In this document: one piece after another, positions 18,251 to 27,054 of the stretch
Position numbering within the stretch: the first letter of the stretch is position 1
Layout: each line of letters starts with the position of its first letter
Assembly: GCA_048621635.1 (NCBI GenBank)
Contig: JBMCWH010000003.1
Span: 1-63,760, forward strand
Direction of reading: 5' to 3'
DNA from: Patescibacteria group bacterium
GTDB lineage: Bacteria > Patescibacteriota > WWE3 > JAUXAW01 > JAYEID01
Length of the DNA stretch: 63,760 bases
Translations under genes and position numbers: made by a program
The notes under the pieces: model-generated
Databases searched by the model: none
What the model saw: the letters and a program-made list of their open reading frames with translations, nothing else
Told to the model about the DNA's origin: nothing

Positions 18251-19181
18251 GCTTTCTGAAAAATATGACCTTGTAATTGTTGGTTCCGGTCCCGCTGGGT
18301 ATACTGCCGGAATATACGCAAGGCGGTTTAAATTAAAGACTTTGATTGTTGGTAAATCCCCGGGGGGGACAATTGCTGATGCTCATAAAGTGTGTAATTT
18401 TCCCACTTTTGGGGAGATAGCAGGGGAGGAGTTAACTCGCAGGATGCATGATGTGGCGAAAGATCTTGGGGTTAAGTCGGTGACGGCTAGGGTAGAAAAG
18501 ATAGGAAGGAAGGATTACGGCTTTCTTTTAGAAACGACATCTTCGGGGGAGGTTAAGGGGGACGCTGTGCTTTTAGCTACTGGGACAAAGCGAAGAAAGC
18601 TTAATTTGGAGCACGAGGATTATTTTTTGGGAAGGGGTGTTTCCTATTGCGCCACCTGTGATGGGCCGTTTTTCCAGGATAAGATTGTAGCAGTGGTGGG
18701 GGGCTCTAATGCAGCAACAACAGCGGCATTGTATCTTTCTGAAATTGCTAAAAGAGTTTATCTTATCTATCGAAAAGATGAGCTTAGAGGAGAGGAGATG
18801 TGGAAAGATCAGGTAGAGGAGAATCCTAAAATAGAGGTGGTTTATAATACCAATGTTGTTTCCCTGGGCGGGGAGAATAAGCTGGAGCGAATAGGCTTAG
18901 ATAACGAGTTTGCTGGTAAGGATTTTATTAGAGTTGATGGGCTTTTTGTTGAGATCGGCTCCGTTCCGGCTAATGCTTTAGCCAAGAAGATTGGTCTGGA
19001 TTTGAGTGAAGAGGGGTATCTTCGGGTGGGAGAGGATCAGTCTACTAACCTGCCCGGCTTTTACGGTGCGGGTGATATCACCACCGGTTCGGGAGGTCTG
19101 AAGCAAGTTATTACCGCTTGCAGTGAGGGAGCAATAGCGGCAACAAATATTTATAAATTTTTGAAATCGAAAGGTCCGTGA
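18240..19181 (+). CDS. Thioredoxin-reductase-like flavoprotein (low-Mr TrxR fold) with degenerate NADPH motifs
   Basis: FAD motif GSGPAGYTA and redox CATC are present. The second dinucleotide site reads GGSNAATTAA and IYRKDELR instead of the canonical GGGDSA and HRRxxFR. Confidence 0.75.
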   Translation: MMNKLSEKYDLVIVGSGPAGYTAGIYARRFKLKTLIVGKSPGGTIADAHKVCNFPTFGEIAGEELTRRMHDVAKDLGVKSVTARVEKIGRKDYGFLLETTSSGEVKGDAVLLATGTKRRKLNLEHEDYFLGRGVSYCATCDGPFFQDKIVAVVGGSNAATTAALYLSEIAKRVYLIYRKDELRGEEMWKDQVEENPKIEVVYNTNVVSLGGENKLERIGLDNEFAGKDFIRVDGLFVEIGSVPANALAKKIGLDLSEEGYLRVGEDQSTNLPGFYGAGDITTGSGGLKQVITACSEGAIAATNIYKFLKSKGP

Positions 19182-19184
19182 TAG

Positions 19185-19499
19185 ATGTCTCACATAATTG
19201 CTACTGACAAAAACTTTAAACAGGAAGTTCTTGAAGAGGAAAAGCCGGTGTTGGTTGATTTTTGGGCTCCTTGGTGCCGGCCCTGTCTTATTCTTTCTCC
19301 CATGATTGAGGAGCTTGAGGAGGAACTAGAGGGAAAAGTTTTGGTGGCGAAGCTTAATGTGGATGAGAATCGAGAGACTGCGATGCGCTATCGAATTCAG
19401 GGTATTCCGACGGTGCTGGTTTTTAAAGATGGGAAACTTCGGCAAAGGTTGGTCGGGGTGCGTTCGAAACAGGCTTATCGAAAGGCTTTGGAGCAGTAG
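19185..19499 (+). CDS. Thioredoxin with a non-canonical WCRPC active site
   Basis: 104 aa. Contains VLVDFWAPWCRPC and GIPTVLVFKDG. Confidence 0.85.
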   Translation: MSHIIATDKNFKQEVLEEEKPVLVDFWAPWCRPCLILSPMIEELEEELEGKVLVAKLNVDENRETAMRYRIQGIPTVLVFKDGKLRQRLVGVRSKQAYRKALEQ

Positions 19500-19500
19500 T

Positions 19501-19728
19501 ATGCCGATTTATAATTTCCAATGTATAGAATGCGAACATGAATTTTCTGGTATTTTTCCGATGCGCTCTTCTGGGGGAGAAGAGGTTAGCTGCCCAGAAT
19601 GTGGAAATGGGGATGTGAAACGGGTGTATAAAAGTGGTGCTACGTTGATTTCTAATTCGGACTCAAGAACTGAAGATTCGAATTGCCCAACTTGTCCTGT
19701 CTGTTCGGGCGGGGCTTGTGATTTTTAG
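19501..19728 (+). CDS. FmdB-family zinc-ribbon protein
   Basis: MPIYNFQCIECEHEF...CPECG.. and a C-terminal CPTCPVCSGGAC. The ATG lies 2 nt after the trx stop. The longer tracked ORF (19357) overlaps trx and is not credible. Confidence 0.7.
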   Translation: MPIYNFQCIECEHEFSGIFPMRSSGGEEVSCPECGNGDVKRVYKSGATLISNSDSRTEDSNCPTCPVCSGGACDF

Positions 19729-19737
19729 GATAATATT

Positions 19738-20994
19738 ATGTCGGATCCATTTGAAGATTATCTTGGACAAGTTAATAATGCATTGGAACTTCTGGATTTT
19801 GATGGGTGCGCTAATACTTTGTTGAGCACTCCACAGAAAACAGTTGAAGTGAATTTCCCAGTGGAAATGGATAGCGGTGAGGTACAGAACTTTCACGGGT
19901 TCAGGGTGCAGTTTAACAATTCTCGTGGCCCTTATAAAGGAGGAGTTAGGTTTCATCCTGAAGTTGATTTGGCAGAAGTTAAAGCTTTGGCGGCTTGGAT
20001 GACTATTAAGTGTGCAGTGGCCGATATTCCTTTTGGTGGTGCAAAAGGGGGGGTGATTGTTAATCCCAAAGAATTTTCAGAGACCGAGTTGGAGAGACTT
20101 TCCCGGGCTTACGTTAGGTCTATTTATAGAGATATCGGTCCGGATACAGATGTTCCTGCTCCTGATGTTAATACCAATTCTCAGATTATGGCTTGGATGT
20201 TTGAAGAGTACGAAAATTTGAGGGGTGAAGGATCTCCCGCCGCCTTTACGGGAAAGCCTTTAAAGTTGGGAGGTTCGGAAGGAAGGGTGGCGGCAACAGG
20301 ACGAGGAGGGGTTTATGTTTTGGAAAAAATTGCGAGAACCCTAGGTCTCATCCCTTCTCAAACAACCGTTGCTGTGCAGGGTTTTGGTAATGTCGGCTAT
20401 CATTTTGCCAAATTTGCAGCGAAGGTGGGCTTTAAAGTAATTGCTGTTTCTGATTCTACAGGTGCAGTTTTGGTTTCCAAAGGCTTAGATCCTGAGGAGA
20501 CGCTAAACTGTAAAAAAGGTGAAGGAACAGTTGCCGGTTGTTACTGTGTTGGTTCTGTTTGTGATTCTTCTTATGGACAGAAAATAACTAATGAGGAGCT
20601 GCTCCAGTTGCCTGTAGATGTTTTGGTCCCTGCTGCCTTGGGGAGTGTTATTACTGGGGACAACGCAAAGGATGTTAGGGCCAAGATAATTATTGAAATG
20701 GCTAATGGCCCCGTTACTGCTGAAGGCGCTAAAGGATTACAAAATAGAAGTATAACATCTATCCCTGATGTTCTTGCCAATTCTGGTGGTGTAATTGTTT
20801 CTTATTTTGAGTGGCTCCAGAATAGGCAAGAAACCCATTGGGGTAGGGAGAAGGTTTTTTCCATGTTGAAGAAAAAGATTACTGGTTCTTTTGAAATTAT
20901 TTGGAACTTCTCTAAGGAGCGGGAAATTTCTCTCCGAGAAGCAGCTTATGTTTTGGCTGTATCTAGGATTACAGAAGATTTAGGAAGGGAATAG
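19738..20994 (+). CDS. gdhA: Glutamate dehydrogenase (Glu/Leu/Phe/Val dehydrogenase family)
   Basis: Contains KGGVRFHP, the catalytic-lysine motif PFGGAKGG, the Rossmann motif QGFGNVG and EMANGP. Confidence 0.9.
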   Translation: MSDPFEDYLGQVNNALELLDFDGCANTLLSTPQKTVEVNFPVEMDSGEVQNFHGFRVQFNNSRGPYKGGVRFHPEVDLAEVKALAAWMTIKCAVADIPFGGAKGGVIVNPKEFSETELERLSRAYVRSIYRDIGPDTDVPAPDVNTNSQIMAWMFEEYENLRGEGSPAAFTGKPLKLGGSEGRVAATGRGGVYVLEKIARTLGLIPSQTTVAVQGFGNVGYHFAKFAAKVGFKVIAVSDSTGAVLVSKGLDPEETLNCKKGEGTVAGCYCVGSVCDSSYGQKITNEELLQLPVDVLVPAALGSVITGDNAKDVRAKIIIEMANGPVTAEGAKGLQNRSITSIPDVLANSGGVIVSYFEWLQNRQETHWGREKVFSMLKKKITGSFEIIWNFSKEREISLREAAYVLAVSRITEDLGRE

Positions 20995-20997
20995 GGT

Positions 20998-21819
20998 ATG
21001 AACAGTGGGGTAGAGAAGATTACAATTTTTCCTGGTTTTGATAAATTTGGTGAGAGAGAAAAGTTCGGCCGGCTTGAAATAGCTAGGGGAGAAATTGTGT
21101 CTATAGTTGGGCCTACTGGTGCCGGAAAGAGCCAACTTCTTTATGATATTGAGAAATTAGCCCAGGGGGATACTAAGAGTAAAAGAAAAGTGTTGATTAA
21201 TAATGTTTCTCCTGGCAAGAAATGGAAGTCTGATCCGCGGAGGAAGATTGTGGCATCTTTGTCGCAAAGTATGGATTTTTTGACAGACACTTCTGTTGGG
21301 GAATTTTTGGATATGCACCTTAAAGCGCGGGGACGGGAAACGGAAGCTAGTTTGATAAAGGAGGTAATTGATGAGGCTAATGAGATTACCGGCGAGCCCA
21401 TTTCTGCAAAAATGAATCTATTGAGCTTGTCCGGAGGTCAAAGTAGGGCTTTGATGGTTTCCGATATTGCAAATATAACTGTCTCTCCAATTATTTTAAT
21501 TGACGAGATTGAGAATGCAGGTATTAAGAAAAGTAAAGCTCTTCAGATTTTGATTGAGGAAGAGAAGATTGTCTTAATTGTTACCCATGATCCTTCTCTT
21601 GCTTTGAGTGCGGATAAACGCCTTGTTGTTGAAAATGGCGGAATTGTTAGAGTTTTGGATACTGCTCCCCAGGAAAAAGATATTGCCCATTACCTTAATT
21701 GGATAGAGGAACATAATTTGCGAATTAGAGAAAAAGTTCGCCAAGGTGAAGTGGTAGAAGAGCCCGGGATTTATTGTGTGGAGCCGACTAAATTTAGAAA
21801 TATTGAATTGAAAAATTAA
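20998..21819 (+). CDS. Stand-alone ABC-type ATPase (no permease adjacent)
   Basis: Walker A GPTGAGKS, signature LSGGQ, Walker B ILIDEIE and H-loop VTHD. Confidence 0.8.
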   Translation: MNSGVEKITIFPGFDKFGEREKFGRLEIARGEIVSIVGPTGAGKSQLLYDIEKLAQGDTKSKRKVLINNVSPGKKWKSDPRRKIVASLSQSMDFLTDTSVGEFLDMHLKARGRETEASLIKEVIDEANEITGEPISAKMNLLSLSGGQSRALMVSDIANITVSPIILIDEIENAGIKKSKALQILIEEEKIVLIVTHDPSLALSADKRLVVENGGIVRVLDTAPQEKDIAHYLNWIEEHNLRIREKVRQGEVVEEPGIYCVEPTKFRNIELKN

Positions 21820-21821
21820 CT

Positions 21822-22622
21822 ATGAAATTTGTTATCTTTGCTGGTACCCCCGGTGCGGGGAAAACTAGTATTATTAAGTTTGTCGTTGAGAACTTAGTTG
21901 GGAAGTTTGATGTCTTCTTTGCCAAGTTTGACTGTTTGCAAACTCCGGATGCTGATTTTATTTCCGAAAAATACGGAATTCCCGCCGTAAAGAAATTGGC
22001 CGGGGATCTTTGTCCCGATCACTTTACTGCGCTTGAAATTCCCAAAATTATTGAGAACAACAAAGATAAGGATCTTATTATTTTGGAAACGGCAGGCCTA
22101 TGTTTGCGGTGTTCTCCTTATGTTGAAGAGGGTTTAGGTATTAATATTTTGGATGTCACTTCGGGGAGTCCTGATCGGTATGGTCCGATCCTGACACAGG
22201 CCGATATTGTGGGAATTACTAAAGGAGACTTAATCTCTCAAGCGGAGCGGGAGATTTTCAGAGCGAAAGTGTTGGAAGTTAATCCCACAGCCAAAATTGT
22301 AGAAGCGAATGGCTTGACTGGCGAAGGCGCTGTTGATATTGGTAATTATATAAAACAGTCTTCTGATGTTGATGACCATCAGCTCACATTGAAACATTCC
22401 ATGCCTTCTGCAGTGTGTGGTTATTGTTACGGTAATAAAATTATAGATGAAGAAAAGGCGCACGAAAGGTATTTGGAAGGTAAAAAACTGAAAGCTTTAA
22501 TTCCGAATTTGAATTGTGGGAAGTGTGGATTTAAGTCCTGTAACGAGTTTATTCGCGCTGTTTTGGATGGGGAGGTTGAAAAGGAGCGTTGTCCATTTAT
22601 TAGAAAATCTAGTGGGGAGTGA
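21822..22622 (+). CDS. P-loop GTPase (G3E/SIMIBI-like) with a C-terminal putative Fe-S domain
   Basis: GTPGAGKTS, ILETAGLCLRC and GITKGDL. The C-terminal CGKCGFKSCNEFIRAV..ERCP resembles the RnfB-type Fe-S cluster domain. Confidence 0.6.
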   Translation: MKFVIFAGTPGAGKTSIIKFVVENLVGKFDVFFAKFDCLQTPDADFISEKYGIPAVKKLAGDLCPDHFTALEIPKIIENNKDKDLIILETAGLCLRCSPYVEEGLGINILDVTSGSPDRYGPILTQADIVGITKGDLISQAEREIFRAKVLEVNPTAKIVEANGLTGEGAVDIGNYIKQSSDVDDHQLTLKHSMPSAVCGYCYGNKIIDEEKAHERYLEGKKLKALIPNLNCGKCGFKSCNEFIRAVLDGEVEKERCPFIRKSSGE

Positions 22623-22636
22623 CGGTTTTTGAATTC

Positions 22637-22665
22637 TTGAAAGTATAGATTTCTCGAGTTATAAT
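22637..22665 (+). promoter_or_regulatory. Sigma-70-type promoter upstream of trxA
   Basis: TTGAAA, a 17-nt spacer, then TATAAT, ending 10 nt before the ATG. Confidence 0.5.
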
Positions 22666-22675
22666 CGCAATTGCA

Positions 22676-22999
22676 ATGGAGTATGTTTTCACTGACGACA
22701 ATTTTGAAGAGGAAGTTCTAGAAGAGGAACTTACTGTGTTAGTAGATTTTTGGGCACCCTGGTGTGGCCCGTGTAGAGTGATAGGCCCTGTAATTGAGGA
22801 ATTAGCAGAAGAGTTTGAAGGAAAGGTTAAGGTCGGGAAGTTGAATGTTGATGAGAATCCAGGTGTTGCGCAAAAATATTCAGTTATGAGTATACCGACG
22901 ATTCTTATTTTCCAAGAGGGGGAGCAAGCTAGGCAGTTAGTTGGGGTACGTTCTAAGGAGCAACTTTCCCAGGAACTTGAATCTCTTCTTGCTGCGTAA
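22676..22999 (+). CDS. trxA: Thioredoxin (canonical WCGPC)
   Basis: 107 aa. Contains VLVDFWAPWCGPC and SIPTILIFQEG. Confidence 0.9.
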   Translation: MEYVFTDDNFEEEVLEEELTVLVDFWAPWCGPCRVIGPVIEELAEEFEGKVKVGKLNVDENPGVAQKYSVMSIPTILIFQEGEQARQLVGVRSKEQLSQELESLLAA

Positions 23000-23075
23000 G
23001 CCCTTTAGCTTCCTTCGTTAGGTAATTTTTACTAACTCTCGGGCAAATTTGTGTTCTAGGAAAGGATCTTTTTTT

Positions 23076-23942
23076 ATGGTTAAAATTGCTGTTGCTTCAG
23101 GAAAAGGCGGGGTGGGGAAAAGTATGCTTGCTTCTTCTCTAGCGATCCTTTTTTCCCAAGAAAAAAATATAGTGGCTTTAGATACTGATGTGGATGCTCC
23201 CAATTTGCATTTGTGGTTGGGGGAGGAAGAGAATTGGGATAAAGTAGAGAAATTGTCAACTAACCAGCGGCCAGTCATTGATCAAGAGGAGTGTACCGAT
23301 TGTGGTAAGTGCGTTGATGTTTGTCAGTTTGGTGCGCTTTCCATGGAAGGTGGTAGATTGAAAGTGAACAGTTATTTTTGCGAAGGATGTGGTGCATGTG
23401 CAATAGTATGTTCGGACGCTATCCGGATGAATTCTGTGGACAATGCGGAAATAAGAATAAAGGAAAGAACGGATTATGATTTTCCTTTGATTTCTGCCCA
23501 GCTTAAGCCGGGAGAGACTGGTTCGGGCAAGATCGTGGACGAAATAAAACTTCGTGCAGAGCAACTCGAATCAGATTTGGTTCTAATGGATGTTCCTGCC
23601 GGTACCGGTTGCCCGGTGATTTCTGCACTCAAAGATGTGGATTTTGCGGTTCTTATTACCGAACCAACACTATCTGGTTTAAGCGATCTCCGTAGGGTTT
23701 TAGAAATTGTTGATCATTTTCATATCACCTTTGGAGTAGTGATTAATAAGTGGGATATTAACCAAAGCCTGAGTAAGCAGATTGAGAAAGAGTTTGGGGA
23801 GCAGCTGCTTGGGAAAATCTCTTACGAAAAAGGGATTTTTCAGTCTATTGCCGATCTGACTCCTGTTATGGAATCAGATCTTCCTGCTGTAGGTGAGATT
23901 GAGAAGATTTTCGCCCAGTTGAAAGACGTTTCTTCCATTTAA
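23076..23942 (+). CDS. MinD/ParA-superfamily P-loop ATPase with a 2x[4Fe-4S] ferredoxin insert (second copy)
   Basis: SGKGGVGKS, then CTDCGKCVDVCQ and CEGCGACAIVCS. Paralogous to 15665-16594. Confidence 0.8.
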   Translation: MVKIAVASGKGGVGKSMLASSLAILFSQEKNIVALDTDVDAPNLHLWLGEEENWDKVEKLSTNQRPVIDQEECTDCGKCVDVCQFGALSMEGGRLKVNSYFCEGCGACAIVCSDAIRMNSVDNAEIRIKERTDYDFPLISAQLKPGETGSGKIVDEIKLRAEQLESDLVLMDVPAGTGCPVISALKDVDFAVLITEPTLSGLSDLRRVLEIVDHFHITFGVVINKWDINQSLSKQIEKEFGEQLLGKISYEKGIFQSIADLTPVMESDLPAVGEIEKIFAQLKDVSSI

Positions 23943-24024
23943 GCAAGATATTTCTATTGTATTGTCTTTGGATTCTATTCTTTTCTCCTCATCTAGGACT
24001 GTTTGATGTATAATAAACAGCACA

Positions 24025-25122
24025 ATGAGCAAGATCTTTTCTTCGTTTTTTATCTTGTTAATTTTTTTTTGTTTGTTCTTGGTTACTCCTTTCCTTCTGT
24101 TGGCTCAAGGCCAACAGGCAAGCGAAAGCGCTGTTTTGCAACCTTCTGAAACGACTTTTTTTGAAGGCACAGTTGTAGCAGTTGAAGAAACGGATTTCTT
24201 ACAAAACTTACAAGTTGCTATTAGTAGTGGGGAGCTTGCGGGCGAAACCGTGCTAGTTTCTGTTGGAGGTATGGAAGGAAAAGTTAGTGAGAGCGAAATT
24301 TCTGTTGGGGACCGGGTTCTTCTGGGGAAGGTGGGCGAAACTTTTTATGTGCATGACTTCCTTCGTAAGAAGGCTTTGTTTTGGTTATTTATGCTTTTCC
24401 TCGGTGTTGGAGTTTTGGTTGCTGGCAGGGCAGGTATAAGTTCTTTTGTTGGATTAGCAATGTCTTTCTTGGTGATCTTGAAATTTATTCTCCCCCGCAT
24501 ATTAGTGGGTTGTGATCCGGTAGGAACAGTTGTTTTAGCTTCTTTTCTTCTTGTTCCTTTTAATTTTTATCTATCTCACGGTTTTAATCGAAAGACAACT
24601 GTGGCTATTGGAAGTACCTTGGTAGCTATATTGTTGGGGGGTTTGTTGGCGCAAGGGTTTACAGAATTTGCTAATCTCACGGGTTTTGCTAGTGAAGCTA
24701 CTAGTTTTCTTAAGGCGTCAGGCGCAGATATACCAGATATGCGGGGTTTGGTTTTAGCAGGTATTATTATTGGTTTTTTTGGTATTTTGGATGATGTAAC
24801 AATTGCGCAAGCAAGTCTTGTTGTTCAATTAAAGGAGGCAAAGCCTTCGGCCACTTTTGGTGAACTTTTTTCCCGGGGACTTCGGGTGGGTAAAGATCAC
24901 ATTGCTTCTGTAATCAACACTTTGTTTTTGGTTTATGCTGGAGCTGCTTTACCTTTGCTGTTGCTTTTTGTTTATACAGAACAGCCTTTGGGGCTTATTT
25001 TGAATACAGAGCCGGTTGCGGAAGAGATAGTTCGTACTTTGGTAGGAAGTATTGCATTAATCTCAGCCGTACCTTTGACTACTTTTCTAGCTTGTGCATT
25101 TGCAACTGAAGGCTCTTCTTGA
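24025..25122 (+). CDS. YibE/F-family membrane protein
   Basis: 365 aa with a signal/TM helix, a soluble N-terminal domain and about 7 TM helices. Contains GILDDVTIAQAS and GKDHIASVINTLFLVYAGAALP. Confidence 0.7.
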   Translation: MSKIFSSFFILLIFFCLFLVTPFLLLAQGQQASESAVLQPSETTFFEGTVVAVEETDFLQNLQVAISSGELAGETVLVSVGGMEGKVSESEISVGDRVLLGKVGETFYVHDFLRKKALFWLFMLFLGVGVLVAGRAGISSFVGLAMSFLVILKFILPRILVGCDPVGTVVLASFLLVPFNFYLSHGFNRKTTVAIGSTLVAILLGGLLAQGFTEFANLTGFASEATSFLKASGADIPDMRGLVLAGIIIGFFGILDDVTIAQASLVVQLKEAKPSATFGELFSRGLRVGKDHIASVINTLFLVYAGAALPLLLLFVYTEQPLGLILNTEPVAEEIVRTLVGSIALISAVPLTTFLACAFATEGSS

Positions 25123-25210
25123 ATTGTGTTAGAGAGGGATTAGGGTTGCGTCTTTTTGTTCTTTGTGGTTATACTGAAGACAGCTAGTTTCTCGAAAGGG
25201 GTGATAATCC

Positions 25211-25372
25211 ATGGTTACGTGTGTGCCTGATTTTTTAATGTTTCTTGCTGTAACAGCAGTTATCTTAGCTACTTTTGGCGCCTTTGTTAACGATATTTGG
25301 CTTGCTTCTACTCAATGGCTTCTTGTTGCTGCTGTGTTTGCTATCTTTGCAATTTATCTAAAGGTTCGCTAA
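25211..25372 (+). CDS. Possible 53-aa two-TM membrane peptide (below the ORF-track cutoff)
   Basis: The ATG is preceded by GAAAGGGG. The translation is MVTCVPDFLMFLAVTAVILATFGAF..LLVAAVFAIFAIYLKVR. The next ORF starts 19 nt downstream. Confidence 0.35.
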   Translation: MVTCVPDFLMFLAVTAVILATFGAFVNDIWLASTQWLLVAAVFAIFAIYLKVR

Positions 25373-25391
25373 AGATAGGGGGTGAATATTA

Positions 25392-25610
25392 ATGAATGAT
25401 CTTAGAAATATTCGACAAGATTTAGTAGCTGAGTTGCAAGGTATTAGTGAATACCAGGATCACATAGATGCAGCAGAGAACGACGAAGTTAGAGAAATAT
25501 TAGCTACTATTCGCGACGAAGAAAAGAAACACGTAGCTATTTTAATGAGTTTGATCAATCGCCTGGATGAGGTTCAGGCAGCTCATTTTAATACGGAAAG
25601 TTGGGCTTAA
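25392..25610 (+). CDS. Small two-helix ferritin-like protein (half-ferritin with an E..ExxH pattern)
   Basis: 72 aa. AELQGISEYQDH ... IRDEEKKHVAIL resembles the E/ExxH di-iron ligand spacing of half-ferritins (EncFtn-like). There is a good RBS (AGGGGG). Confidence 0.45.
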   Translation: MNDLRNIRQDLVAELQGISEYQDHIDAAENDEVREILATIRDEEKKHVAILMSLINRLDEVQAAHFNTESWA

Positions 25611-25614
25611 TTTT

Positions 25615-26265
25615 TTATTTATCTTGTTCTTGTGCTATAAAAAGGCTTATGTCTAGGGCAGTTACTTCTCCATCCCCGTCCAGATCGTAGCTTTCGTTTG
25701 TAGTACCTAATGCTTCTTCAAATCCTTCAAGTGTTAACTCTGTTTGGTCATCTTCTTCTTTTTGGTCATCTTTTTCTTTCTCTTCTTCAAATCCGCTGCT
25801 TTCTGTGGCCTGCTTTGTTGGTGGTTCTTGAGTTGTCGTTGTTTTTTCCTTTTCCTCTTTTTCTGTTTCTTGGGTAGCTGTCTTTTTTGGCGTGGTGAAT
25901 GAATAGGGGACACCGTTGTTGTCAAATAATTGCTCTCCTACACCTACTTTGTAGTAGTAAGTGGTATTGGGTTTAAGATTGTAGAGTGTTACTCGGTGTG
26001 CTTCTGTTTTTGTTTCTTCTTGCGCAGTTCGTCCTAACTCCGCAGTTTCTCCGTAAGAGACGAATCCATAAGCAGACTCGCTAGTTACCCAGGTTATGGC
26101 AGCGCTTTCTGAAGTTACTTCAGCCTCTCTTACAAGTTGTGGTTTGTTTTCTGGGGACGCTTTAGAAGTCGGTTCGCGGAATTGTTTCAGTCCTAGAATT
26201 CCTAAAGGAATTCCCAAGGATAAAAGTAAGATTCCGATAACTATTAACAGTTTCTTTTTGTTCAT
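25615..26265 (-). CDS. Membrane-anchored FN3-like domain protein with a C-terminal dockerin-like EF-hand segment
   Basis: N-terminal TM helix, then an FN3/purple-acid-phosphatase-N-like segment (AAITWVTSESAYGFVSYGET...TTYYYKV), an acidic linker, and finally YDLDGDGEVTALDISLFI. Confidence 0.6.
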   Translation of the reverse strand: MNKKKLLIVIGILLLSLGIPLGILGLKQFREPTSKASPENKPQLVREAEVTSESAAITWVTSESAYGFVSYGETAELGRTAQEETKTEAHRVTLYNLKPNTTYYYKVGVGEQLFDNNGVPYSFTTPKKTATQETEKEEKEKTTTTQEPPTKQATESSGFEEEKEKDDQKEEDDQTELTLEGFEEALGTTNESYDLDGDGEVTALDISLFIAQEQDK

Positions 26266-26275
26266 TGTTTGTTAG

Positions 26276-27040
26276 TTAGATAAATACCCATAAAAACCCG
26301 ACGAAAATCATGCTTATGGCTAGTACTGTTGTGAGGAGTGCGGTTTCTGTTCCTGTAGCTGTTTCCAGATCGCTTTCGGTTTGTGCTGTTGTGGACTCTT
26401 CCTCTGTGGTTATGTCTGTGTCTCCACCTGTTTGGTTGGGTTCTTCCGTTGTAGAATTTTTCTCTTCTTCTTCTTCTTCTTCTTCTTCTTCTTCTTCCGA
26501 AGTAGTGGTTTCCTCTTCTGAGGTAGCAGTAAGCGTGTAGGTTCCTCCCGATGTTGTGTCTAAAATGTTTTCACCTTCTAAGGCAACTTGGCTTTCTTCG
26601 TTGAAGCTTATTTCTGTGGTTGTTTTATTGGTAATGGTAGGAGTGAACTGCAGTGTTGCTAAATGTACTGCCTCTCCAGATATAGGTTCTGCATCGTTAG
26701 AATCAAAAACTGTGAAACGGATTAGCTTTTCGTCTGCATTTACAGATACACCAGCAAGAGTTAAGTTATTTGCTGCGGAAATATCGTCAGTGGTAATTGC
26801 CAGATTATCGGGTTCCCAATCCAAGGCTACCCCCACAGCGCCGGCTTCTGTGTTCGCGGTATCTAACATTACTTTAACTGGAAATTCTTCTGTGTAGGAT
26901 CCTGTGGAAGGGGAAAGGTATAATCTAACTTCCTCTGCTGCATAAGTTTTAGAAACTCCAACATTTGTTAAAGCGCTACATGAAATTGCGCCGGCGAGTA
27001 GTAGTTTAAAAATTATGTTTTTTTTCGGCAGGTAAGGCAT
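26276..27040 (-). CDS. Cohesin-like domain protein with a signal peptide, a poly-Glu linker and a C-terminal TM anchor
   Basis: Signal peptide, then FPVKVMLDTANTEAGAVGVALDWEPDNLAI (cohesin-like beta sandwich), an E12 run, and a C-terminal hydrophobic helix LLTTVLAISMIFVGFLWVFI. Confidence 0.55.
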   Translation of the reverse strand: MPYLPKKNIIFKLLLAGAISCSALTNVGVSKTYAAEEVRLYLSPSTGSYTEEFPVKVMLDTANTEAGAVGVALDWEPDNLAITTDDISAANNLTLAGVSVNADEKLIRFTVFDSNDAEPISGEAVHLATLQFTPTITNKTTTEISFNEESQVALEGENILDTTSGGTYTLTATSEEETTTSEEEEEEEEEEEEKNSTTEEPNQTGGDTDITTEEESTTAQTESDLETATGTETALLTTVLAISMIFVGFLWVFI

Positions 27041-27054
27041 ATTTATGCTTAAAT

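Noticed and set aside
19357-19728. 123-aa version of the zinc-ribbon ORF
   Set aside because: Its first 48 codons overlap the thioredoxin gene in another frame. The ATG at 19501, directly after the trx stop, gives the conserved FmdB-type N-terminus MPIYNFQC.
25392-25610. Encapsulin nanocompartment system
   Set aside because: A half-ferritin-like cargo candidate is present, but no HK97-fold shell gene is adjacent. The neighbouring genes are YibE/F and surface proteins.
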